Origin: a virus
Taxonomy: Duplodnaviria; Heunggongvirae; Uroviricota; Caudoviricetes
Length of the DNA: 35,543 bases
IMG/VR virus record: IMGVR_UViG_2582581022_000006
Reading direction: 5' to 3' (one strand)
The translations under genes and the position numbers were made by a program. Shown piece after piece: positions 8,202 through 16,337 of the stretch (positions within the stretch are counted from its first letter, which is position 1; every line of letters starts with the position of its first letter). The notes beneath the pieces were generated by a model, which did not search any database, was not told where the DNA came from, and worked only from the letters and a program-made list of their open reading frames with translations.

Positions 8202-9113
8202 TTATGCCTCCAGCCCGTTAATCTGTGGCGTCGGCTCAGTCAGCCATGAAGGCGCGGCATTGCCTGTTGGCTCATCCGGCAGGTCAAATGTGGAGCGCAG
8301 GCTACGCGCTGTGCTTTCCAGTTGACAGACCAGGCCTGCCATGAAGTCTCTGGGGGTATCAATCATGTTTTCAGCACAATATGCGCACAGCGTCTCAAAA
8401 GCGCTGGACAGTCGAACGGCGATAGCAGATTCCGCCTCAACCGCTAATGCTGTCACTTCCGCCCGCAGCTTCTTAACCTCTTCATCAGGCTCAGGCGGCT
8501 GAATACGGGATTTCTTCTCCAGTCTGGTGGAGAGTGAGTCTATTTTTTCATTTTTGTCAGCGAGTACGCGCTGTTGTGCTGCGTTGGTTTCGCGCGCTTC
8601 GCGCAGGGCCTGACGCAATTCACGTACTGACATGCGATCAACGTCGTCAAGCGTCAGGCCGGCAACTGTGCCGCCGTCGGCCAGTTCGGCAAGCTCTTCG
8701 TCGTCTTCTGTCATTAATTCGAAAAGTTTGGCTTTTCCCAAATGTGCCAACGTTGGCACATTTGGTTTCAGCGCCGGGGATAAGTATTTTGTCGATGCTT
8801 GCATCATTCTCACAGATGTCCGGTATGCCAGCCCCAACTCACTTTCAAGAATCTTTATAAACTCCCCGTGTGGTTCATTTTCCTTAAGGATTATCAGCCG
8901 CTTACCTGCCTCCAGCATGGCCTCAGCGCTCTGTGCCATATAAAAGCGTGCCTCATGGACAACACGATCGCGCTCATAGGGCAGACCATCGCCGAACTGT
9001 TGCATGATTTCCATGCGATGCTGTGTCATGGCGTTTAGACTGACATTGAGATCATCCGACAGCGGTACCTCGACGTTCAGTTCAGTGCTAACCGGTGATT
9101 TGGTGCGTCCCAT
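8202..9113 (-). CDS. Conserved early protein of unknown function (303 aa)
   Basis: Long ORF immediately upstream of the transposase; central coiled-coil-like region. Confidence 0.5.
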   Translation of the reverse strand: MGRTKSPVSTELNVEVPLSDDLNVSLNAMTQHRMEIMQQFGDGLPYERDRVVHEARFYMAQSAEAMLEAGKRLIILKENEPHGEFIKILESELGLAYRTSVRMMQASTKYLSPALKPNVPTLAHLGKAKLFELMTEDDEELAELADGGTVAGLTLDDVDRMSVRELRQALREARETNAAQQRVLADKNEKIDSLSTRLEKKSRIQPPEPDEEVKKLRAEVTALAVEAESAIAVRLSSAFETLCAYCAENMIDTPRDFMAGLVCQLESTARSLRSTFDLPDEPTGNAAPSWLTEPTPQINGLEA

Positions 9114-9123
9114 TGATTACTCC

Positions 9124-9432
9124 TTACAAACGACTACCTGAAATAACACGTTGGTTGATTTCGTTAATGCGATCCTGTGCACGTGCCATCTCGTTACTGT
9201 GGGCCATGGCGATCTGCAGCAACTGGATGCCTGGTGCGAAACGCCCGTTTTCTAGTTTCAGAGCCAACCCTTCTTCAATGAGCGTGTTAAGTGCCCGGTT
9301 GATGTTTGCCGGTGATTCGTGCAGTGCAACCGCTAGTTCCCCGTTAGAAACACCGTTCAAAGCGTGGCCACGTAAGGCCTTAAGAACGCGCAAAATACGG
9401 GTACCTGAGCTTGATGTATTTGGTTTATTCAT
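9124..9432 (-). CDS. Putative winged-helix DNA-binding protein (102 aa)
   Basis: HTH-like segment ILRVLKALRGHALNGVSNGELAVAL; second gene of the early operon. Confidence 0.4.
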   Translation of the reverse strand: MNKPNTSSSGTRILRVLKALRGHALNGVSNGELAVALHESPANINRALNTLIEEGLALKLENGRFAPGIQLLQIAMAHSNEMARAQDRINEINQRVISGSRL

Positions 9433-9653
9433 GACGCCTCCTTAAGGATACCGGGGGTAACTTCTTTACCTATTGCAACCGATAGATCTCGCAAAATCCG
9501 ATAAGTCAAACGACCGCGAGGTAGTTCACTTTTACCAGCCCAGCGACTGACTGCCTGGGTGACTGTTCGTGGTTCATAGCCCGCGTTAAGCGCGAACTGG
9601 CGCAAGCTACTGCCTCGTTCAACCAGCCGTGCCCGAACTTGTTGTTTGTTCAT
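9429..9653 (-). CDS. Ner/Cro-like early regulator
   Basis: ~75 aa HTH protein (SLRQFALNAGYEPRTVTQAV); first gene of the leftward early operon, divergent from the repressor. ATG at 9653; the track's 9659 start is an in-frame GTG. Confidence 0.55.
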   Translation of the reverse strand: MNKQQVRARLVERGSSLRQFALNAGYEPRTVTQAVSRWAGKSELPRGRLTYRILRDLSVAIGKEVTPGILKEAS

Positions 9654-9741
9654 ATGCACCGTGTTCCTGTTAGGTTATGATGTACTCTATTGGGTCTATT
9701 GTACACACCCAAATGAGTGTGTCAAATTGAGATATGTTCAA
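9654..9741. promoter_or_regulatory. Divergent immunity control region (operators and promoters)
   Basis: 88-bp AT-rich gap between divergent regulator genes, containing nested inverted repeats (TGTACTC...GAGTACA; ACACAC...GTGTGT). Confidence 0.55.
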
Positions 9742-10149
9742 ATGAGTACAAAAGAGAGATTGCGTGAAGTGATGGATGCTAATGGCATGACAATAAAGGC
9801 ATTATCTAACTTATCAAAAATTCCATATCGCTCACTTCAAAACTATTTGCGTGGAGAGAGAGAACCAAACGCAGAGGCTCTTGTTGCGCTAAGCACCCAT
9901 TTGGGTGTATCGATCGATTGGCTACTTACCGGTAAAGAACATATTCCATCTAAAGAAATTGTTGCTGTACCAACACAACATCAATTCAGCCCGTCAGACC
10001 TTAAAATGCTTGAACTTCTAAACCAGTTAGATCCTGAGGTTCGGCGAGATCTCATGCGAGGCGCTGAAGAAAAACAGCGTGTGATTGAGATGGAAAAACA
10101 ACTGAAGGAATTATCCGCAACGATTGAGCGGTTAAAAAATGTGGGTTAA
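9742..10149 (+). CDS. Prophage repressor, HTH XRE family, no peptidase domain
   Basis: 136 aa from the ATG at 9742. N-terminal HTH (MTIKALSNLSKIPYRSLQNYLRGEREPNAEALVALSTHLGVSIDWLL). The track's 9646 start is a TTG extension overlapping the Ner-like gene. Confidence 0.7.
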   Translation: MSTKERLREVMDANGMTIKALSNLSKIPYRSLQNYLRGEREPNAEALVALSTHLGVSIDWLLTGKEHIPSKEIVAVPTQHQFSPSDLKMLELLNQLDPEVRRDLMRGAEEKQRVIEMEKQLKELSATIERLKNVG

Positions 10150-10219
10150 TGTGTTCCTAACGAGAACATATAGCAGAAATTATTTGCCATTAAGCAATAA
10201 AAAATAAGGTGGATAGCTA

Positions 10220-11227
10220 ATGTCTGAGCAGACCATTGAAGTTAAACACGTTGTAGTTCACATTTTAGACAAACAACAAAATGGAGACGCTTCTGAGAGA
10301 TTGAGTCCTGAAGAAGGTCTAGTTACTGAAGCCTCCCAGCGCCTTATAAACGATATTTGTGCAAAATATGCAGGACGCACAGGTAAAGGTTATGGCTATT
10401 TTGAAGGCGATACGGATAACTATCCTATGGAACGAATGGCTGGGGACTTTCTCGAAGGTGTTGATGATTTCTACCAAAGTTCCTGCCGAATGATGCATCA
10501 CCTGACGGAACGTTCTCAGCGAGAAAACATGGCTACTGGTGGTTATGTTCTTTTTGCAAATATCGTGATAGGACACAATGAACACCTGTTGATAGCTATT
10601 GTAAGCGCTACCATTGGATCCACTGTCACAGATGATTTTAACATCCAAGATAGTACCTATCTTGATATTGCTAAGCTGCGTATGGCTGGGCGCATTGACT
10701 TAACCGCGTGGGAAAGTGGCGCAGAGCGCTATATCAGTTTTCTTAAGGGGCAAGGTAATGTTTCAAACTATTTTAAACAGTTCCTCGGCTGTAATGATGT
10801 CTTAATCGCCAAACGAGAGTCTGAAAAGTTACGTGACGTTTTAAAAGCATTTGCGGCAGAGAAAGGACTTGACGGCGCTGAAAAAGATGCATTTCTTAAG
10901 AGTGCGTTTGAACACTTACATGCACTAAGTAAGGCTGGTGAACCACTTAGTCTTGAAACCCTTGTTAATGCCATTTGGCCCCAGGCTCCCGAGGAGTTAT
11001 CTGGTAAACTTGCTGCTGAAGAGTTGGAGTTATCGGATGGCTTCGTTCCTGATGGTCGAGTCATTCGGGCTCTGGTATCTTTTAAAGGCAAGTCTAAATA
11101 TTGGGAACTTAAGTTTGACCGGGAAGGGAAAACTGAAGGCTATATTGATTATGATCCGGAAACAAATATTATCACCCTACGTAATGTACCTGAAGAATTT
11201 AGGGAAATGTGGATGACTGAGGTTTAA
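10220..11227 (+). CDS. YejK/NdpA-like nucleoid-associated-domain protein (NA37 family)
   Basis: 335 aa, same length as E. coli YejK. Central block TYLDIAKLRMAGRIDLTAWESGAERYISFLKGQ...FKQFLGCND aligns with the YejK core [20 protein letters not shown]...YLTFLKGR...FMDFLG. RBS AAGGTGG 7 nt upstream; AT-rich. Confidence 0.65.
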   Translation: MSEQTIEVKHVVVHILDKQQNGDASERLSPEEGLVTEASQRLINDICAKYAGRTGKGYGYFEGDTDNYPMERMAGDFLEGVDDFYQSSCRMMHHLTERSQRENMATGGYVLFANIVIGHNEHLLIAIVSATIGSTVTDDFNIQDSTYLDIAKLRMAGRIDLTAWESGAERYISFLKGQGNVSNYFKQFLGCNDVLIAKRESEKLRDVLKAFAAEKGLDGAEKDAFLKSAFEHLHALSKAGEPLSLETLVNAIWPQAPEELSGKLAAEELELSDGFVPDGRVIRALVSFKGKSKYWELKFDREGKTEGYIDYDPETNIITLRNVPEEFREMWMTEV

Positions 11228-11229
11228 TC

Positions 11230-12435
11230 GTGGCGATTTCATTTGAGATGCTGACAGATCTGTATCGTCGTATGGAATTCCAAGAGGGGTTTCGTGTCGG
11301 TTCGCTGTTGCTCTTAGATCAGTCCGATTGTGATCTGGTTGATACTTTGCTTGATGATCCTCGTGAATATGGTCTTTCTATTGATACAGGCACTATCGCT
11401 CCAGGTAACACGATCATCCTACGTGTGACGTCACCACGGAGTGGACTGGGACTTGTGTTTTCCACCCATGAAAAATTGCTAAATGCTCCAAAGCATCAGT
11501 GCCTTGAGCCAGCTAATTACTTCATCCTAGAAACAAAGTTTCGTAATGATGATGAAGATATCCCCGTTTTCATCAGCAACTACCGGAAGATTCTCGAGTT
11601 CGTTAACCTGCTAAAAGAGGCCGCGGCCTACTTTGATAACTCAACTTGTCAGTTAGTTTTTCTGAAAAAAGAAGTTATCAAGCTATTACCGCACTTCGCT
11701 GCAGAAAATGTACAAAATTTGCAAAGAGAGTATCTTGATAACCTTATAGCTTGTTTCAATGATGATACCCATAAGGATCAGAAGCTAGATATTCTGATTG
11801 AAAGTATCCAAGCAGTTAGTGATGGAATTGATTCACCTCTAGTATTCGCTTATTTACTGGACAATATTCAGCGTCTGCATGAAAAGTTTCTGAAAGGGTA
11901 TCGTATCTACTCTTCTGGATTCTCTTATGACAAAGTAATGGATCAACTGCGTGCTGCAAAAGTCGAAGAAATGGGTAAAATCCACAAAGCGTTTTCAGAT
12001 ATCCAGAACCATATACTTGGCATTCCTGTTGCCTCTGTTATCGTAGCTACCCAATTCAAAGTGGCTACGAAATGGTCAGGCCAAGGGATAACAAACACAA
12101 TAATTCTTCTGGGATGCATTTTTGCTGCAACGTTAATCTGGCTGGCACTTTCGAACCAGATGCAATCTATAAAGGCCTTAGGCGAAGAAATTGAATACAA
12201 AGAAAAACAGATTAATAAGGAATATTCCTTCATTAAAGATGACGTGGCTGGTGTATTTAGCAGTATTTCTGCGCGACTAGACACGCAGAAACGTACGTTC
12301 TGGATTATACGTGGTGTTCTAGTTATGGGAATTATTACCGCTATCACTGTTTATTTTTGGTACACAAAACCAGCCCTTGACTTCATGCAGTACTTGATTC
12401 ACTGCATGAAGTCTTACTATTCGGTCAAAAGTTGA
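11230..12435 (+). CDS. Hypothetical protein with two C-terminal transmembrane helices (candidate membrane effector)
   Basis: 401 aa; GTG start 2 nt after the upstream stop. Hydrophobic helices ITNTIILLGCIFAATLIWLAL and FWIIRGVLVMGIITAITVYFWY; soluble N-terminal ~280 aa with no recognised motif; AT-rich. Confidence 0.6.
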   Translation: MAISFEMLTDLYRRMEFQEGFRVGSLLLLDQSDCDLVDTLLDDPREYGLSIDTGTIAPGNTIILRVTSPRSGLGLVFSTHEKLLNAPKHQCLEPANYFILETKFRNDDEDIPVFISNYRKILEFVNLLKEAAAYFDNSTCQLVFLKKEVIKLLPHFAAENVQNLQREYLDNLIACFNDDTHKDQKLDILIESIQAVSDGIDSPLVFAYLLDNIQRLHEKFLKGYRIYSSGFSYDKVMDQLRAAKVEEMGKIHKAFSDIQNHILGIPVASVIVATQFKVATKWSGQGITNTIILLGCIFAATLIWLALSNQMQSIKALGEEIEYKEKQINKEYSFIKDDVAGVFSSISARLDTQKRTFWIIRGVLVMGIITAITVYFWYTKPALDFMQYLIHCMKSYYSVKS

Positions 12436-13195
12436 GGATAATGAGTTCCTTCTTGCGACTGGATTTGCCAGTGATCTTGAGGTTGTAGCTGATATCAACC
12501 GACTGAATATTTAGACCGTTGAATGCCTGCCGCATTTCCGGGATATCGTTCACCGATATAATCATCTTCCCTTTGATCCTGCGTGCTAAATCTGCCATAT
12601 GATCATAATTTTCTAGTCCGAACTCCACACCATAACCTTCCGTTCCCCAGTATGGAGGGTCACAGTAGAACAACGTATGCGGGCGATCATATCGTTCTAT
12701 GCACTGTTGCCAGTCCATGTGTTCTATGACCGTTCTGGAAAGCCGCAGGTGTGCCGCTGACAGTTCTTCTTCAATACGCAGCAGGTTGAAGCGTGGCGGG
12801 GATATGGTGGAGGTACCAAAGCTGTGCTCCGCCACCTTGCCTCCAAACGCCTGCTTCTGAAGGTAGTAGAACCGTGCTGCACGCTGGATATCCGTCAGTG
12901 TTTCTTCCGGGGTGATCTGCAGCCATTTGTAGATCTGCCGGCTGACCAGCGCCCATTTGAACTGGCGTACAAATTCTTCCAGATGATGTTTTACCACCCG
13001 ATACAGGTTCACCAGTTCACCGTTGATATCATTAATGACTTCGATCTTGCCGGGTACCTTAAGAAAATAGAGCGCTGCTGCCCCACAAAACGGCTCCACA
13101 TAACATTCATGCGCCGGAAACAGCGGCAGGATGTGTTTTGCAAGGCGGCGTTTGCCACCAATCCATGGAACGATGGGTAATGTCTGCATTTTCAT
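12425..13195 (-). CDS. DNA adenine methyltransferase, Dam family
   Basis: 256 aa; motif I FCGAAA and catalytic DPPY present. Convergent with the preceding gene, 11-bp 3' overlap. Confidence 0.85.
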   Translation of the reverse strand: MKMQTLPIVPWIGGKRRLAKHILPLFPAHECYVEPFCGAAALYFLKVPGKIEVINDINGELVNLYRVVKHHLEEFVRQFKWALVSRQIYKWLQITPEETLTDIQRAARFYYLQKQAFGGKVAEHSFGTSTISPPRFNLLRIEEELSAAHLRLSRTVIEHMDWQQCIERYDRPHTLFYCDPPYWGTEGYGVEFGLENYDHMADLARRIKGKMIISVNDIPEMRQAFNGLNIQSVDISYNLKITGKSSRKKELIILNF

Positions 13196-13442
13196 AATCT
13201 GTAAGCCTTTTACAATTATAAAAAATATGGCAGGCTAGTCTGGTCTCGCGAGACTGACTGAACCTCGGTCGGCTCACAGCGCATTCCTGTGGGGCGATGG
13301 CCAGCCCGGTGTTCGGGTACCGGGCTGGTCGTTCTTTCAAAGTCATCATGCAGTGCACGTTTACATCTTCACTATTAACGCTGTTTAAAATCCGTATCCC
13401 GCCACATTTGTGATGCTGTCTCCACCAAACGAGGAGACACAC
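13196..13442. promoter_or_regulatory. Intergenic control region between the methylase gene and the lysis operon
   Basis: Perfect 12-bp palindrome GTCTCGCGAGAC (13243-13254) and a 9-bp inverted repeat with 8-nt loop (13302-13327). RBS GAGGAG precedes the holin start. Confidence 0.4.
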
Positions 13443-13793
13443 ATGAAAAACCTGAAAAAATTCATTCCCCCTGTTAAAAAACCTCGCCTCAGCGGCTGGC
13501 TGCTGACCTCAGTGCTGTTGCTGGGCATCATCGCTCTGGTCTCGCCACAGCAGTTGCCTGTTGTGATCTACAAGCTGGCACTTATCACGCTGGCAGCAGT
13601 GCTGGGTTACTGGCTTGACCGTTCGCTCTTCCCCAAAGCCCGTCCCGGTCAGTACCTGAAACATGACGACAGGCTGATGGCTGAAGGGCGTTTCCCGGTA
13701 CAGACCGGCCTTCACCTGGTGTTTTCTGCTGCGTTAATCCGCCGTGCACTGATTGTTGCAGCGGTCTGCCTGGCTGTGGCAACAGGACTGTGA
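13443..13793 (+). CDS. Holin candidate (about three transmembrane segments)
   Basis: ~116 aa from ATG 13443, with three hydrophobic segments; immediately upstream of the endolysin. Confidence 0.55.
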   Translation: MKNLKKFIPPVKKPRLSGWLLTSVLLLGIIALVSPQQLPVVIYKLALITLAAVLGYWLDRSLFPKARPGQYLKHDDRLMAEGRFPVQTGLHLVFSAALIRRALIVAAVCLAVATGL

Positions 13794-14524
13794 CCATGAA
13801 CTGGCCTCAAATCACCCTCATTATTCTGTTCGCCTTTGGTCTGGGCGTAACCGCCATCAGACACGGAGAACCACGTAACGATAAATACAGCTTCTGGTGG
13901 CAGCTTGCTGGCAACCTGGTGATTGTCTGGCTGCTCTGGTGTGGCGGCTTTTTCAGCCAGGCATGCGCAGCGCAGCCCCCGCAGGCTGCGCTGCAGTATC
14001 GCGATGATGTGATCCGTAATGCCCGGCTTGAATGGGGACTGTCTGCGCCGGTGGCCGATTTCGCCGCGCAACTGCATCAGGAAAGCGGCTGGCGACCTGA
14101 TGCGATCTCGCCGGCTGGCGCTCAGGGACTGGCGCAGTTCATGCCTGCCACTGCCGACTGGATAAGCCAGTTGATACCGATGCTGAGCAGTCGTGAGCCG
14201 TTTAATCCGGCATGGGCTATCCGGGCGCTGGTCAGCTATGACCGCTGGCTGTGGCAGCGTGTCAGCGCCGCCAGTGACTGCGAGCGTATGGCCATGACAC
14301 TGTCGGGCTATAACGGTGGTCTGGGCTGGGTACAACGGGACAGGCGGCTTGCATCACAGAAAGGTCTGGACAGCACCCGCTGGTTCGGACATGTCGCCAC
14401 GGTGAATGCCGGACGCAATGCGGCCAGCTGGCGGGAGAACCGCCATTATCCGCAGCGCATCCTGCGCGAACTGGCACCGCGATATCTCACATGGGGAGGC
14501 AGCAGTTGTGCGGCATCTGGTTAA
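13790..14524 (+). CDS. Endolysin, lytic transglycosylase (SLT domain) with N-terminal hydrophobic region
   Basis: SLT-type motif QLHQESGWRPDAISPAGAQGLAQFMPATA; two hydrophobic segments in the first ~55 residues. Confidence 0.75.
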   Translation: MTMNWPQITLIILFAFGLGVTAIRHGEPRNDKYSFWWQLAGNLVIVWLLWCGGFFSQACAAQPPQAALQYRDDVIRNARLEWGLSAPVADFAAQLHQESGWRPDAISPAGAQGLAQFMPATADWISQLIPMLSSREPFNPAWAIRALVSYDRWLWQRVSAASDCERMAMTLSGYNGGLGWVQRDRRLASQKGLDSTRWFGHVATVNAGRNAASWRENRHYPQRILRELAPRYLTWGGSSCAASG

Positions 14525-15158
14525 AAAGCTGCCGTGGCGCGGCATTCTGCTGGCCATTCTTATCAATGCCTTTCTGGTCGGCCTGTATGCCATGGGATAC
14601 AGAAGTGGTCATGACTCTGCAAAGCGTGACGGTGATACCGCGCTCAGTCAGTTGCAGTCAGCATTTGACGCGTACAAAACGGAGCAGGCAACGCTTGAGA
14701 ATGCTGCGCTGCGGGCCTGGGCCAGACGGTATCAGGAGCAGGTGGCCGCCGGGCAGCGGGCTGAAGCCGGTTATCTTGAGCAGATTGCTCAACTGGAGAG
14801 CCGGAACAAACAACTACAGGGGCAAATTAACGATGTCACACAGCGCTGGATTGATGAAAAAGGTAAGAGCCATCCCATTGAGTGCGTGTTTACTCGCGGT
14901 TTCGTGCGCCAGTACAACGCCGCACTCGGATATGACAACGCATCCGTCGACACCGGTCATTCAGACTCAGTTGCCGCCGCTGGCACCCGCTCTGGCACAG
15001 CGACCGGGCAACCTGAAACCACTGACACCCGGTTACGCGATTCGGGTGTCTCCCAGCGTGACGTTCTCGCCAACATCATCGACAACGCAGGACAATGTCG
15101 TCGCTGGCGGAACCAGATAAACGCGTTACTGGATGAACGGGAAGGATTACAGAAATGA
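14508..15158 (+). CDS. i-spanin (Rz-like)
   Basis: GTG start with RBS GGGAGG upstream. N-terminal TM helix (ILLAILINAFLVGLYAMGY) then Q/E/A-rich coiled-coil-like region. The track ORF 14406-15158 extends upstream. Confidence 0.6.
   Translation: MRHLVKKLPWRGILLAILINAFLVGLYAMGYRSGHDSAKRDGDTALSQLQSAFDAYKTEQATLENAALRAWARRYQEQVAAGQRAEAGYLEQIAQLESRNKQLQGQINDVTQRWIDEKGKSHPIECVFTRGFVRQYNAALGYDNASVDTGHSDSVAAAGTRSGTATGQPETTDTRLRDSGVSQRDVLANIIDNAGQCRRWRNQINALLDEREGLQK
14854..15120 (+). CDS. o-spanin (Rz1-like lipoprotein), fully embedded in the i-spanin gene in the +1 frame
   Basis: MKKVRAIPLSACLLAVSCAS lipoprotein-type signal with lipobox-like LSAC/AVSC; proline-rich mature region. Confidence 0.55.
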   Translation: MKKVRAIPLSACLLAVSCASTTPHSDMTTHPSTPVIQTQLPPLAPALAQRPGNLKPLTPGYAIRVSPSVTFSPTSSTTQDNVVAGGTR

Positions 15159-15481
15159 CACTGCAGGTTGAATTCTGGACGGTGGTGAGTTTTCTGCTCA
15201 CCTTCATGGGGTTTGTGGGAGGGCTCGCCAAATGGTTGTTCAGTAAAACAGAAGAACGCCAGGCGGCACGATTCGCCTCCCTTGAACAGGCCCTGCAACA
15301 GTCCGCCTCCAACTGGGGCGAGCTGGAAAAAGAATTTATGCGATTTAAAGCGGATTTACCGCTGAATTATGTCCGTCGCGAGGATTATATCCGTGGCCAG
15401 ACAGTCATCGAGGCCAAACTGGACGCGCTCTACAACAAACTGGAAGTGGTACAGCAGTACCGCAATACCGGAGGTCAATAA
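15155..15481 (+). CDS. Small membrane protein (108 aa)
   Basis: N-terminal TM helix (FWTVVSFLLTFMGFVGGLAKWLF); coupled to neighbours. Confidence 0.5.
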   Translation: MTLQVEFWTVVSFLLTFMGFVGGLAKWLFSKTEERQAARFASLEQALQQSASNWGELEKEFMRFKADLPLNYVRREDYIRGQTVIEAKLDALYNKLEVVQQYRNTGGQ

Positions 15482-15792
15482 TGGTCGATATTACCCGGGT
15501 ACGCCGCGAATCCCTGCGCTGGAGTCTGCTGGTTGCCCTGAACAAGACCCGCCCTTACACCGCCAGCGAGACGCTGCTGCTGGATGTGTCCCGTGCCATC
15601 TACCCGGACACCACACCGCTGGAACTGCGCCGCGAACTGGATTATCTGGCTGACCGTAAAATGGTTGATCTGGAGAAAAAACCTTCTGGCGACTGGTTTG
15701 CTGACCTGACCCGCCTCGGCGTAGACCTGGTGGAATACACCGTGGAATGTGGTCCGGGTATTGCCCGCCCGGAAAAGTACTGGAGTGAATAA
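15481..15792 (+). CDS. Hypothetical late protein (103 aa)
   Basis: ORF in the late array, coupled to neighbours. Confidence 0.45.
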   Translation: MVDITRVRRESLRWSLLVALNKTRPYTASETLLLDVSRAIYPDTTPLELRRELDYLADRKMVDLEKKPSGDWFADLTRLGVDLVEYTVECGPGIARPEKYWSE

Positions 15793-16337
15793 TGGCCAGA
15801 CGCAGCACAATAGAAAAGCTGCCGGAAGACGTGCGCCGCTGGCTTGAACGGGCGCTGACTGAATCCGGCTTCAGCGGGTATAACGAGCTGGAGTCCCTGC
15901 TGCGTGAGCGGGGGTACGTCATCAGCAAATCCGCTATCCATCGCTATGGACAGAAGATTGAGCGCCGCTATGGTGCTATCCGTGCGGCAACAGAAGCGGC
16001 CCGCATGCTGACCGAAGGCGCAGCAGACGATCAGGATGCGCGTTCGGAGGCTGTGATAGCCCTTATTCAGACCGAGCTGTTCGAGAGTATTGTCCAGTTG
16101 CAGGAGGCGGAAGAAGGCGAAGTCGATCCTAAAGAACGCGTGGCCCTGCTGTCGAAGGTGGCGAAGAATGTGGCTACGCTGTCCCGCGCGTCCGTCAACC
16201 TCAAAAAGTTCCAGTCTGAAGTACGGGCCAGAGCGCAGCAGGCAGCCAGCAACGCCGAGAAAATTGCCCGTAAGGGGGGACTGTCAAGCGACGCAGTACA
16301 GGCGCTTCGTCGCGAGATTCTGGGGATTGCCACATGA
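15792..16337 (+). CDS. Putative terminase small subunit / DNA-binding protein (Mu gp27-like)
   Basis: 181 aa immediately upstream of, and overlapping, the large terminase gene; assigned by position. Confidence 0.5.
   Translation: MARRSTIEKLPEDVRRWLERALTESGFSGYNELESLLRERGYVISKSAIHRYGQKIERRYGAIRAATEAARMLTEGAADDQDARSEAVIALIQTELFESIVQLQEAEEGEVDPKERVALLSKVAKNVATLSRASVNLKKFQSEVRARAQQAASNAEKIARKGGLSSDAVQALRREILGIAT

Noticed and set aside
9646-9741. N-terminal extension of the repressor ORF from a TTG start
   Set aside because: The extension overlaps the divergent Ner-like gene start and the operator region; the ATG at 9742 gives a protein beginning just before the HTH.
14406-14507. Upstream extension of the i-spanin ORF
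   Set aside because: The extension lies inside the endolysin gene; the in-frame GTG at 14508 has a good RBS and places the TM helix near the N-terminus.
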